Source: an uncultured virus (IMG/VR IMGVR_UViG_3300027887_000010)
Taxonomy: Duplodnaviria > Heunggongvirae > Uroviricota > Caudoviricetes
IMG/VR virus record: IMGVR_UViG_3300027887_000010
DNA: 64,000 nt
Direction: 5' to 3' (one strand)
Part shown: positions 6,021 through 16,042 of the stretch, one piece after another
Layout of the letters: every line of letters starts with the position of its first letter
Numbering within the stretch: the first letter of the stretch is position 1
Position numbers and translations under genes: made by a program
Notes under the pieces: generated by a model
What the model was told of the DNA's origin: nothing
Database searches by the model: none
The model's input: only the letters and a program-made list of their open reading frames with translations

Positions 6021-8572
6021 GGATATTACCAGATGGGACTAAAGTTGTTTGGGAGCCCCTTAAAGGTTCTCAAGCCTTATCCCTCACTTGTCCTGCTAAT
6101 ATTATTGTATTTCACGGTACTCGTGGGCCAGGGAAGGGGCTTCCTATCAATGAACCTGTCTATACACCTACCGGACAGGTTCAAATAGGTCTGTTAAAAG
6201 AAGGGGATCTTGTTTGCTGTCCGGATGGATCTACTAGCCCTATTGTAGGTGTGTATCCTCAAGGTCAACGTCAAACTTATGAGATTGAATTTTTTGATGG
6301 TTCAATTGCTAGGTGTGATGACCAACATATTTGGAATCTTCATATTGGCGGAAGGTTTCCTGCTGGTACGTATAAGAACTTTACAATGTGTGAAGTTCTT
6401 AGGATGTTTAAAACAACAGATTACAGACTTAACATTCCAACTTTAGATAAGGTTGAGATGGTTACGTGTACAAGCCTTCCAATTGAACCTTATATGATGG
6501 GTTTGTTCCTTGGTGATGGTTGTTCAGCACAACGTGGTTCTTATTGCACTGTTGATTCTGAACTTGCGGATCATGCTTTAAGTCATGGTTTTCGGGAAAC
6601 ACTTTTTGATCAACGTAACGGTCTCCGAAACTTTAGTGCAAATTGCGAATTTACAGAAGCAATGAATAAGCTTGGTTTGCAAGATGTTCGTTCGCAGACA
6701 AAATACATTCCATCTATTTATTTACATCAGCCCTATGATTTACGCCTTGCAATTTTACAAGGCGTAATGGATACAGATGGGACAATTGATAAGAAAGGTT
6801 ATATTTCATTCTGTAGCAGCAGTCTGCAACTTGCTAAAGATGTGCAATACCTTGCACGATCGCTTGGTGCTCGGGCTACGCTAACGGATAAATGGCCTAG
6901 TATCAGCGAAGTAGTTTATGATAAAGTGTATCAGGTGTATATCCAAACTGGAAATAAATTTACCCCATTTAGGTTGAAGCGTAAGGTTGATAGAATTAAA
7001 CCTTACATGCATAAACATCTGACAAACAAGATTGTTGCAATTAGGGAACTTGGGTTGCAAGAAACTGTTTGTATCAAGATTGCGCATGAAGATGGTTTGT
7101 TTATCACAAGAGATTTTGTTGTCACACATAATACGGACGCACAGTTGATGCGTTTTAGACGTAATGTTGGCCAAGGATATGGTCGATATTGGCGCGGGAT
7201 TATTTTTGACCGTGAGTACAAGAACCTTGATGACTTGGTTTCCAAGTCTATGCGGTGGTTTCCTGAATTTAAAGATGGTGCTCGCTTTATGTCAAGTAAA
7301 GCAGACTATCGTTGGGTATGGCCTACGGGGGAAGAACTTCTATTCCGGGCTATTAAGAAGGATACAGACTATTGGGGTTATCACGGTCAAGAGTTTCCGT
7401 TTATTGGCTGGAACGAATTAACAAAGTATCCTAACGATTCATTGTTTGAGTCAATGATGTCTTGTAACCGTTCTTCTTTTTTACCAAGTGAGCATCCTCA
7501 ATATATTGGTAATGATCCTGTACCTCATTATTTAAATGAACTTCCACTAGAAGTTTTTATTACCACAAATCCATACGGAGCTGGTCATAATTGGGTTAAG
7601 AAACGGTTTATATCGTGTGGTAAAGCTGGGCAGATTGTCAAAAAGGTTGTAAATGTATTCAACCCAAGGACTCAACAGCGCGAAGATGTTGTTAAAACTC
7701 AGACACACCTATTCGGGAGCTATCGTGAAAACACATATTTGTCTCCTCAGTATGTTGCAGAGTTGGAAGGAATCTCTGATCCAAATAAGCGTCGGGCTTG
7801 GTTGTTTGGTGATTGGGATATTGTTGCTGGTGGTATGTTCGATGATGTTTGGGACAAAAATGTCCATATTATTGATCCATTCGATATTCCGTCAAACTGG
7901 CGTATAGATAGATCTTATGATCATGGTGAGTCACGTCCTTTTTCTGTTGGTTGGTGGGCGGAGTCTGATGGTAGTGATGTTAAACTCTCAGATGGTAAGT
8001 GGATGAGTACCGTAAAGGGTGACTTATTCCGTATTGATGAATGGTATGGTTGGACAGGCAAAGCTAATCAAGGTTTACGTCTGTTATCTACAGTTATTGC
8101 TGAAGGAATTGTAGAACGAGAAGTTCAAAATGGAATTCATAATAGGGTTGTTCCAGGGCCTGCAGACAATAGTATTTGGGATGTAGAAAATGGTAATTCT
8201 ATTGCAGCAGATATGGCAAAGCCTGTTAAGTTAGACAGAAAACGTTATAAGGGTGTTCAGTGGCTTCGTAGTGATAAAGCAAAGGGTAGTCGCAAAGCAG
8301 GTTGGAAACAAATTCGAAATTATCTTAAGGATGCATTACCAGTAACACGTGAAGAAGACGGAAAAATTCTTAGTCTGCCTCGCGAAAAGCCTGGTATGTT
8401 TATTTTTAATAACTGTACAATGTTCATAGAATTGTTTCCAGTTGCTCCTCGGGACGAAAACGACCCCGACGATATTGATACGGAATCAGAAGACCATATT
8501 TGTGACGAAGTGCGATACAAAGCATTATCAACGGATATTGGTGCTCGCGGTGGTAGAACTAGAGGAATGTAA
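6017..8572 (+). CDS. terL: Terminase large subunit, intein-containing
   Basis: Walker A GTRGPGK/T, GQEF.FIGWNELT, TTNP.G.GH.WVK, nuclease DRSYDHG and EDHICDE.RY. Confidence 0.95.
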   Translation: MRILPDGTKVVWEPLKGSQALSLTCPANIIVFHGTRGPGKGLPINEPVYTPTGQVQIGLLKEGDLVCCPDGSTSPIVGVYPQGQRQTYEIEFFDGSIARCDDQHIWNLHIGGRFPAGTYKNFTMCEVLRMFKTTDYRLNIPTLDKVEMVTCTSLPIEPYMMGLFLGDGCSAQRGSYCTVDSELADHALSHGFRETLFDQRNGLRNFSANCEFTEAMNKLGLQDVRSQTKYIPSIYLHQPYDLRLAILQGVMDTDGTIDKKGYISFCSSSLQLAKDVQYLARSLGARATLTDKWPSISEVVYDKVYQVYIQTGNKFTPFRLKRKVDRIKPYMHKHLTNKIVAIRELGLQETVCIKIAHEDGLFITRDFVVTHNTDAQLMRFRRNVGQGYGRYWRGIIFDREYKNLDDLVSKSMRWFPEFKDGARFMSSKADYRWVWPTGEELLFRAIKKDTDYWGYHGQEFPFIGWNELTKYPNDSLFESMMSCNRSSFLPSEHPQYIGNDPVPHYLNELPLEVFITTNPYGAGHNWVKKRFISCGKAGQIVKKVVNVFNPRTQQREDVVKTQTHLFGSYRENTYLSPQYVAELEGISDPNKRRAWLFGDWDIVAGGMFDDVWDKNVHIIDPFDIPSNWRIDRSYDHGESRPFSVGWWAESDGSDVKLSDGKWMSTVKGDLFRIDEWYGWTGKANQGLRLLSTVIAEGIVEREVQNGIHNRVVPGPADNSIWDVENGNSIAADMAKPVKLDRKRYKGVQWLRSDKAKGSRKAGWKQIRNYLKDALPVTREEDGKILSLPREKPGMFIFNNCTMFIELFPVAPRDENDPDDIDTESEDHICDEVRYKALSTDIGARGGRTRGM
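6137..7132 (+). mobile_element. Class 3 intein with LAGLIDADG endonuclease in the TerL P-loop
   Basis: Starts GLPINEPVYTPTG, ends VVTHN/T. LAGLIDADG motifs MMGLFLGDG and LQGVMDTDG. WCT triplet present. Confidence 0.85.
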
Positions 8573-8574
8573 TT

Positions 8575-10083
8575 ATGTCATTAAAAAGTGTTCATCCTGA
8601 ATACACCATCTTTGCTACTGACTGGATTAGTATGCGAGACTTTCACGCTGGTGAGAAAGCTGTGAAAGAAAAGGGGGAAACTTACCTTCCCCCAACCGCA
8701 GGTATGATTATTGATGGAATGCAACCTACACAACTTGGTTGGGCAATTTATCAAGCATACAAAAATCGTTCCGTATTTCCAGATTACGTTAAGGAAGGTG
8801 TTGAAGCGTTGATGGGTTTAATTCATCAACACGATGCTAAAATTGAACTTCCTGCATCAATGCAATACCTTTTAAAAGCAGCTACGGTAAATGGTGAATC
8901 ATTACTTATGTTGCTCCGTAAGATTAACGAAGAACAATTAATTACAGGTCGTGTTGGTATTCTTGTTGATTTACCTGCAAATCCTGATCCTGCAAAACCT
9001 CAACCTTTCTTAGCCCTTTACTCCGCTGAATCTATCATTAATTGGGATGATGGGGCAAACCATCTTGGTGAATCTAAACTTAACCTTGTCGTTTTAAATG
9101 AATCAACATCTATTCGTGATGGTTTTTCATGGAAGCAACAGGAGATTTATCGCGTTCTTCAGTTGGGTACAATGGATGCTAATGAACCAAATGGTACTTA
9201 TTATCAGGGGGTCTTTAAAGATACAGACTACTCTCAAGAAGCGATGCAATTACCAATGCTTCGTGGTCGAACACTAAAAGATATTCCGTTTGTTTTTATC
9301 AATACTAAAGATTTAATCACTTCACCAGATTATCCTCCTTTGTTAGGTCTTGGTTATTCCTGCTTGACAATCTATAGGGCAGAGGCAGATTATCGTCAAA
9401 ATTTGCACATGCAAGGGCAGGATACGCTAGTAACGGTTGGTGGAATTCGTAATCCTAATTCTATGCCTGGGGAAGCTGATGCAGTACGTGTTGGCGCAGG
9501 TAGCCGCTTGGATGTTGAGATGGGAGGGGATGCCAAATTTATAGGTGTTTCCTCTATGGGTCTTTCCGAACAGCGTAACGCTATTGAAAATGACCGTAAG
9601 CGAGCAGAATTTAAAGCTGGACAGCTTGTTGGAAATCAAAGTCTTAAGAATGAATCTGGTAATGCAATGATTGCTCGGTTAGCTTCTCAGACTGCTAATT
9701 TAAATCAGATTTCAATGAGTGCTGGTGAAGGTCTTGAGAGGGCGCTTAAACATATTGCGGTATGGATGAACGAAGATCCCGAATCTGTCAAAGTCATCCC
9801 GAATAGTGAATTTACAAATTCTGCTTCTAATGCACAAGAACTTGTATATTTAATGACTGCTAGAAGTATGGGTGCTCCGCTATCTATGCAGAGTATTCAT
9901 TCTACATTACGTGAACGTAACTATACAATGATGGACTATGAAGATGAGAAAAAGCTTGTAGAAGAAGAAGGCCCCAACGGACAGAAAGCTATTGCATTAG
10001 ACGTGAAGTCTGATAAAAATCTTACTGTTAAGGATGGCGATAAAAATTCAACAACACAGGATCAATCAGCACCTGTTGTTTAA
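8575..10083 (+). CDS. Portal protein (DUF4055-like)
   Basis: HPEY...W...VK.KG..YLP N-terminus; follows TerL; 502 aa. Confidence 0.85.
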   Translation: MSLKSVHPEYTIFATDWISMRDFHAGEKAVKEKGETYLPPTAGMIIDGMQPTQLGWAIYQAYKNRSVFPDYVKEGVEALMGLIHQHDAKIELPASMQYLLKAATVNGESLLMLLRKINEEQLITGRVGILVDLPANPDPAKPQPFLALYSAESIINWDDGANHLGESKLNLVVLNESTSIRDGFSWKQQEIYRVLQLGTMDANEPNGTYYQGVFKDTDYSQEAMQLPMLRGRTLKDIPFVFINTKDLITSPDYPPLLGLGYSCLTIYRAEADYRQNLHMQGQDTLVTVGGIRNPNSMPGEADAVRVGAGSRLDVEMGGDAKFIGVSSMGLSEQRNAIENDRKRAEFKAGQLVGNQSLKNESGNAMIARLASQTANLNQISMSAGEGLERALKHIAVWMNEDPESVKVIPNSEFTNSASNAQELVYLMTARSMGAPLSMQSIHSTLRERNYTMMDYEDEKKLVEEEGPNGQKAIALDVKSDKNLTVKDGDKNSTTQDQSAPVV

Positions 10084-10142
10084 CTAATCCTAATGGGCAA
10101 TGGTGCCCACGGATGTAATCTGCATGGCAGAGGAGTATTAAA

Positions 10143-10967
10143 ATGGCACTGAAAGCAGTTTTGGACACACTTGAAGGTCTTGATGAACACGTTGCTGCAC
10201 TATATACGCAACGAGGAGACAAGTTTGAGATTGCTGTTGAAATTCCTGGTATTGAAGGAATTAAAAGCTTCACGGACTTTAATAACCTAAACAAAGCTCT
10301 ACAAAAAGAACGAGCTGACCACAGGTCTGTTAAAGATCGTTTTGCTCCACTTGGCGATCGTAAGCCTGAAGAAATCCTTTCTATTTTGGATCGTGTTCCT
10401 GAGCTTGAGCTCAAAGCTGCTGGTGCTATTGACGATACAAAACTTGAGACAATTGTCAATGGACGTATTACTGCCAAGCTGGCTCCGGTTGAACGTGAGT
10501 TGCAAACTACTCGCGATGCTGTTGTTCAACGAGATGCTATCATTGCTTCTTTTCAGCAAAAGGAAATTCAACGTAGCATTGGTGATTCCGTCCGAGCTGC
10601 TTCCTCAAAATCTCATGTTGTCGATTCCGCTATTGAGGATGTCACACTCCTTGCAGAACGTGTCTTCACAATCGATGAAACGGGCAAGGTTGTTACCAAG
10701 GAAAACGTCGGCTGCACTCCAGGTATTTCTGCAGAAGTGTGGTTAAACGAAATGCAATCCAAGCGTCCTCATTGGTGGGGTCCCTCTGGTGGTGGTGGTG
10801 CTGGTGGTGCTGGTGGCCAGCGTCAATTTACAAACAATCCTTGGACAAATGAAAATTGGAACTTAACCGAGCAAGGGAAGATTCTTATGGAGAACGCTTC
10901 TCGTGCAGATCAACTTGCTAAATCCGCCGGAACAACAGTTGGCGGAAAGCGACCAACAGGTAAATAA
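10143..10967 (+). CDS. Capsid scaffolding protein
   Basis: Coiled coil, Gly-rich linker, NPW..E.WNLTEQ tail; precedes the major capsid gene. Confidence 0.75.
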   Translation: MALKAVLDTLEGLDEHVAALYTQRGDKFEIAVEIPGIEGIKSFTDFNNLNKALQKERADHRSVKDRFAPLGDRKPEEILSILDRVPELELKAAGAIDDTKLETIVNGRITAKLAPVERELQTTRDAVVQRDAIIASFQQKEIQRSIGDSVRAASSKSHVVDSAIEDVTLLAERVFTIDETGKVVTKENVGCTPGISAEVWLNEMQSKRPHWWGPSGGGGAGGAGGQRQFTNNPWTNENWNLTEQGKILMENASRADQLAKSAGTTVGGKRPTGK

Positions 10968-11113
10968 TCTGTTGTTATCTGTTGCCATAAGCCCTATATT
11001 CGTGTTATCTTGCGGGTATAGGGCTTGTGTCCTAACTTTTGTCGAACATGCCATGGGGTGTGCTTCGAGTTAGCAATACCTTTTATTAACTTGAGCCACT
11101 TAGGAGATAAACC

Positions 11114-12145
11114 ATGGCCTCTGGAACAACTCGGATTTCGGATGTTGTCGTTCCGCAAATCTTTACCCCGTATGTTCAACAAATGACGGAAGAGAAGTCC
11201 CGTCTGATTCGTAGCGGTGCTGTCGTTCGCGATGCCGTTCTTGATCAAGACTTGGCTTCTGGTGGTCTGACCTTTAACGAGCCTTCGTTTAAAGATCTGG
11301 ACAACGATGCTGATAATGTTTCGTCTGACGATCCTGCGACTCTTGCCACACCGAATAAGATTGGTACTGCCACAGAAATTCAGGTTCGTCTTTCGCGTAA
11401 CAATTCCTGGAGCTCGATGGACCTTACCAGCGACTTAATCGGTGTTGATCCTATGACAGCCATTGGTAATCGTGTCTCTGACTATTGGGCTCGCCGTGAA
11501 CAAGCTATTTTCATTGCCACCGTTAAGGGTGTCTTTGCTGATAATGCTACCGTGACGGATGCTTACCACACTCAAAACGACATGACACATGATATCAAGG
11601 GTGTTGGTTTTACCAACGGTGTTACTAACTTCTCGGCTGAAGCGTTCATTGATGCCACGCTGACGATGGGTGACTCGATGGAAGGCTTAACAATGTGTTG
11701 CGTCCATTCGGTTGTCTATGGCCGTATGCTGAAGAATAACCTGATTGACTTCATTCAGGATAGCATTAACGGTCAAGCAATCCGTATCGCTACCTTCCTT
11801 GGTCGCGAAGTTGTTGTGGATGACTCCATGCCTGTTTCCGCTGGTGTCTTTGACACTTGGATTTTTGGTGCTGGTGCAATCCGCAATGGTCGTGGTGCTC
11901 CTAAGGTTCCGACTGAAGTTGAACGTGTTGCCGCTGCTGGCAATGGTTCTGGTCAGGAAGTCCTGTTCAACCGTACCGAACTGGTTTATGCTCCTGCGGG
12001 CTATGCCTACATTGGTACTGCTCCGAATGGTGGCCCGTCGAATGCTGCGACTGCTAATAACCTCGCTGCTGCTGCTTCCTGGCGTCGTGTGTTTGCCGAG
12101 CGTAAGCAAGTTAAGATCGCTCGCCTAGTTACACGCGAGTATTAA
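11114..12145 (+). CDS. Major capsid protein
   Basis: TRISDVVVPQIF.PYV N-terminus, strong RBS, codon bias, terminator downstream. Confidence 0.85.
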   Translation: MASGTTRISDVVVPQIFTPYVQQMTEEKSRLIRSGAVVRDAVLDQDLASGGLTFNEPSFKDLDNDADNVSSDDPATLATPNKIGTATEIQVRLSRNNSWSSMDLTSDLIGVDPMTAIGNRVSDYWARREQAIFIATVKGVFADNATVTDAYHTQNDMTHDIKGVGFTNGVTNFSAEAFIDATLTMGDSMEGLTMCCVHSVVYGRMLKNNLIDFIQDSINGQAIRIATFLGREVVVDDSMPVSAGVFDTWIFGAGAIRNGRGAPKVPTEVERVAAAGNGSGQEVLFNRTELVYAPAGYAYIGTAPNGGPSNAATANNLAAAASWRRVFAERKQVKIARLVTREY

Positions 12146-12163
12146 GACTCACTAGCTTGGATG

Positions 12164-12195
12164 GGACGTAACTCACAAGGTTACGTCCTGTTTTT
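12164..12195 (+). terminator. Rho-independent terminator
   Basis: GGACGTAAC/GTTACGTCC stem followed by TGTTTTT. Confidence 0.75.
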
Positions 12196-12219
12196 GCTCA
12201 CTAGCTAAGAGGTGATGTA

Positions 12220-12732
12220 ATGAGTAAAGGTCTTCCGCGTTCTATGGCTGCTGGTAGCGCACAAGCTTCCGCTGTTCGTAAAGACGTTCTTTCTGTCAGG
12301 AATGTTGTTGTAAACGTTGCTGATGGTGCTCCGGGCTTTGGTACAGTTGTTCTGAGCGGTCTTCCGCAAGGTAATATTCTGTATCTTGGTTGTGTTTCTT
12401 ATCTTCAGTTTGCAACGGATGATGCTGATATTACTGCAACATTCGATGGTGACTATAGCATCGGTACAACGCCGACAGCTGATAATGTCATTAGTGGTTC
12501 AGATGCTGATATTGTTCCTTCGACTGCTTTTGGTGCAGCTACCGCTAAACTTTCCCCTGTTATTCGTGGTGCCAGCACTGATGCCCTTGGTGGTATGGTG
12601 ATTGACAATACTGATGGTAGTTTGGAAATGAACCTCAACGTTATCATTGATGACACGGCAATTAGCGGTGCAGCGGCCTTTACTGTCAATGGTTCTGTTC
12701 AAATGGCCTACATCGTTCTTGGTGACGATTAA
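12220..12732 (+). CDS. Virion structural protein (capsid-associated)
   Basis: Follows the capsid gene; beta-rich composition. Confidence 0.6.
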   Translation: MSKGLPRSMAAGSAQASAVRKDVLSVRNVVVNVADGAPGFGTVVLSGLPQGNILYLGCVSYLQFATDDADITATFDGDYSIGTTPTADNVISGSDADIVPSTAFGAATAKLSPVIRGASTDALGGMVIDNTDGSLEMNLNVIIDDTAISGAAAFTVNGSVQMAYIVLGDD

Positions 12733-12743
12733 GGAGGATTGCA

Positions 12744-13331
12744 ATGAGTAAAGTAGCAGAAGCCCTTCGTAAACTAGATGTTAACAATGATAACCATTGG
12801 ACAGCAGATGGTTTGCCAAGGATTGACACGGTTCGTATGATTGCTGGTAATCAAGCACTCACTCGTGAAATGATCACAGCTGAGATGCCTGAATTTAGTC
12901 GTCAGACTGCAAGCCTTGGGGTTTCTGTTGCTGTACCTGTTGTTCCTATTACCCCTGTTGTTGAAGAATCTGATGAAAAGATTCTTGAAGTTTCAACCAC
13001 TGTACAAGAAAATATTCGTGATTTTGAAGCAGAGATTTTAGCTGCTCAACAAGAATTACACGATGCAATTGTGGTTCGTAACGAAGCCCAACGCCTTGTT
13101 GAAGAAAAGCAAAATGCAATGGATGAAGTTATCTCTGCACAAAATGCTTATGCTATCCAAACTCCTGTTGAAGTAGCTGTTCAAGGCTATCTTGCCTCGC
13201 AGAAAGAATTGCTTACTGAGCGCGGGCGTCGTTCCCAAGTCCTTCGCGAGAAGGGTGTCACACTTGCAGATATTCAAGACTTAATTCCGCAAAAAGCACC
13301 TATCGACATCGCGTTATCACGGAAGCGTTAA
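12744..13331 (+). CDS. Hypothetical head-region protein
   Basis: LD..ND.HWTADGLP N-terminal motif, coiled coil. Confidence 0.65.
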   Translation: MSKVAEALRKLDVNNDNHWTADGLPRIDTVRMIAGNQALTREMITAEMPEFSRQTASLGVSVAVPVVPITPVVEESDEKILEVSTTVQENIRDFEAEILAAQQELHDAIVVRNEAQRLVEEKQNAMDEVISAQNAYAIQTPVEVAVQGYLASQKELLTERGRRSQVLREKGVTLADIQDLIPQKAPIDIALSRKR

Positions 13332-13332
13332 A

Positions 13333-13719
13333 ATGGCACAGATTGGATCTATTGGGGAACGGTTGGATATCATCCTTCGCCAAGGATCAACTCTGGGTCC
13401 CTTTAATGTAACATTGACAGATCAGTTAGGGGTTCCTATAAATTTAACGGGAGCCACCATTGCTGGTCAAGTTCGTAAGAATGCTTTAGATACAGGGGCA
13501 CCTGTAGCTGTCTTCGATATTGTCTATACAGATAGAATTGCTGGTAAGTTTTCCTTCGGGATGACAAAAACTGTAACCACATTGATTCCAGCCGGCGAGT
13601 ATCAGAAAGACGAAGCTTCCCAATATAAATGGGATATGGAATTAACGGATAGTTTGGGCAGAGGAATTCCTCTTTATTACGGAAACTTTGAAAACTTCCG
13701 TGAGGTTACTCGTGCCTGA
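13333..13719 (+). CDS. Putative virion adaptor (BppU/Ig-like)
   Basis: I.LRQGST...PINLTGAT..GQVR...Y.WD.E pattern. Confidence 0.55.
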   Translation: MAQIGSIGERLDIILRQGSTLGPFNVTLTDQLGVPINLTGATIAGQVRKNALDTGAPVAVFDIVYTDRIAGKFSFGMTKTVTTLIPAGEYQKDEASQYKWDMELTDSLGRGIPLYYGNFENFREVTRA

Positions 13720-14140
13720 TATTCAACTTGAGATATTACCATCAGATATAATCTCAAGTGTAATTATCCCGCCTTCGCAAATTAGCAGTACAATTAGCCA
13801 AGCGAATGACGGTTTATTAGTCCTTCTGTCTCCGGGTAGTTTAACCTGCACAATCGAAACGCAAGTAATCAATTCCACATTGCTTGTTGGACAAGGTCCA
13901 GCAGGCCCCGCAGGTCCGCCTGGAGGAAGTGAAGAAGTGGCAACCTATCAAAAAGAAATTGACTTTGTTGGTAGCGATGTCATTTATAAAGGCGAGGCTG
14001 CTCCAGGATCGCTTATTAGCGCAAATGTCTGGCGTATTAAAAAAATCCAGTTTGTAGCAGAAGATATTTCTGAGAAGTGGGCCAACGGCTCTGCTGCGTT
14101 TGACAAAGTCTGGTCTGACCGGGCTACTTATTCATACTGA
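13712..14140 (+). CDS. Virion protein with short collagen-like repeat
   Basis: GQGPAGPAGPPG; C-terminal Y.GEA.PG....WRIKKI...W..RAT.SY. Confidence 0.6.
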   Translation: MPDIQLEILPSDIISSVIIPPSQISSTISQANDGLLVLLSPGSLTCTIETQVINSTLLVGQGPAGPAGPPGGSEEVATYQKEIDFVGSDVIYKGEAAPGSLISANVWRIKKIQFVAEDISEKWANGSAAFDKVWSDRATYSY

Positions 14141-14150
14141 GGTAAATTAA

Positions 14151-15875
14151 ATGGCTCTTGACGCAACCAAATGGGAAGTAACAACAGGTAAAGCGATCCG
14201 CTACATCGGCGGGGCTCACGGTACAGCTACAACGAATTATGTTACTGTTCTTGAGTTGCATCGTTGGTTGCAAGACCTAGCTGATGACGCATCATCTGTT
14301 AGTGATGACTTCATGGATATCACTCGTGATACGCCGACCGATAAGTCGTTCGATACAATTATCAGCTTAATCAACGGTTACACCCTTGATGAAGCATACG
14401 CCACTAAGGCATCAGAGTATATCTATGGTGGTTCGATTATTCAAGGCGGCGGTACGGACATCTGGGACGGTATTGCAGTTGTTGCAAACCGTGGATGCTA
14501 TACCGATGTCGTTCAGAACGGTGCTCGCGTAACTGCCGATTTCTGGAACTCTGTCCCAAATGGGGAAACGCTTCGCGGTATTAACTTTGACGCTGCAACA
14601 GGTAAAGCAGCTCAGTTTATGCTTAAGGTTAGAACAGCTGGCGCAGATATTGATGGTAAGCGCGCCTTGTTTCAAACTCGCGAATGGGGCAAGACTTACT
14701 CCGAGTTCAAGGTTCCGGGAACAGGTCGCGGAGTCAACACAGTTCCATTGCTCTATAAAACAGATGCAAATAATGCAACGGCTCAAGGTACTGTTGCTAC
14801 TTGGACGACCATTGCAAATCTAATTGCAGGACTTGCTTCTGTTGATGTTGATAATAATAGCACACCTGAGAATTATTACTCGAAGTGGGATCGTTCCACA
14901 TATACAATTAACCAGTTCTATGAGCGATTCAAGTATCTAACGGGACGGGCTAACGTTACAACGCTCTATGGCATTCCTGGAGAACTGTTCCGTGGGATTA
15001 CTCATTCCGTTACATATTCCGGCCAAGCGGGGGGCAACTTTACTCAAGGTGGTGCTAACCTTACTTGGGGATCTGGTTCTACTGCTGGCACTGGTGCCAT
15101 CCTTGCTGACAACGATAGCGGCACTAGCGGGACTCTTTATATCCAGCTTTTAACAGGAGTTGTTCCAACAGGAACAATTACTCAAGGGGGTGTGACAGCA
15201 ACAACTGGAACTGTAACAGAACAAGCTGTTTCGACACCAGCTTGCGGCGACTCAACTGGTTCATCTCTCACTGGCGCCTACGGTTTCACGCTTGAGTTTG
15301 CTGATCTCGCAAAGAATGATAAAATCACCGCCCTCGACGGTGTCACACGTCAGCCGCCAAATACCGTTACATTTACAGTTTCTGGTCTAGCTAATGGTTA
15401 TTCTGTCTTAGTTGCACCATCGACAGGATCCGCAATTGACGTTGGACAATTCACGCTTAACGGAGCCCTAAGCGGGGCGGCTGTTACAAGTGTGGTCGTA
15501 AATGAAGCAATTCCTGCAGATACTCCTGCAACTGGAACACTTCGCATTCTTCGTGCTAACGGTCAATATACAAAGCATCCTTATTCGGCTTATAATGCTG
15601 GAACAAAGACGTTTACTATCACGTCGCATAACTTTTCTACAAATAATGCGGCAAATGGGGCAAACGCATATTTAGGTTATATTGATGGTATTGCAAGCGG
15701 ACCTACTATGTCATTCTCCGGTGTGTATGCTGCCGATCGTACGTTGGCTGTTCGGGTTCGCTTTGGTGGAACCGGACCAAATTATTCGGATTCAATTAAA
15801 ACGTATCAGACATTTACAGCCGCACTGACCGATACAGGTGGTTCTGCATCCGCAGCTGTTGTGAGTGATGCGTAA
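14151..15875 (+). CDS. Putative virion structural/accessory protein
   Basis: 574 aa, Gly/Thr/Ala-rich, in the morphogenesis operon. Confidence 0.6.
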   Translation: MALDATKWEVTTGKAIRYIGGAHGTATTNYVTVLELHRWLQDLADDASSVSDDFMDITRDTPTDKSFDTIISLINGYTLDEAYATKASEYIYGGSIIQGGGTDIWDGIAVVANRGCYTDVVQNGARVTADFWNSVPNGETLRGINFDAATGKAAQFMLKVRTAGADIDGKRALFQTREWGKTYSEFKVPGTGRGVNTVPLLYKTDANNATAQGTVATWTTIANLIAGLASVDVDNNSTPENYYSKWDRSTYTINQFYERFKYLTGRANVTTLYGIPGELFRGITHSVTYSGQAGGNFTQGGANLTWGSGSTAGTGAILADNDSGTSGTLYIQLLTGVVPTGTITQGGVTATTGTVTEQAVSTPACGDSTGSSLTGAYGFTLEFADLAKNDKITALDGVTRQPPNTVTFTVSGLANGYSVLVAPSTGSAIDVGQFTLNGALSGAAVTSVVVNEAIPADTPATGTLRILRANGQYTKHPYSAYNAGTKTFTITSHNFSTNNAANGANAYLGYIDGIASGPTMSFSGVYAADRTLAVRVRFGGTGPNYSDSIKTYQTFTAALTDTGGSASAAVVSDA

Positions 15876-16042
15876 TGGTTTTACAAGAGCTGATTGGAGA
15901 GTTGCAAACACTGGCTCAAGCTTATCCAGCTTCGACGCCAGTGGTTGTTTTGCATACTCGATATAGTGAGATTCCAGCAGAAGTTTCTACTGTTAGGGTT
16001 GAAAGCTCGTCTGGAGTGCAGATCATCCTGGACGGCGTGTAA
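15875..16042 (+). CDS. Small hypothetical protein (55 aa, not in ORF track)
   Basis: TAATG coupling upstream and abuts the next ATG; MVLQELIGELQ... Confidence 0.6.
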   Translation: MVLQELIGELQTLAQAYPASTPVVVLHTRYSEIPAEVSTVRVESSSGVQIILDGV

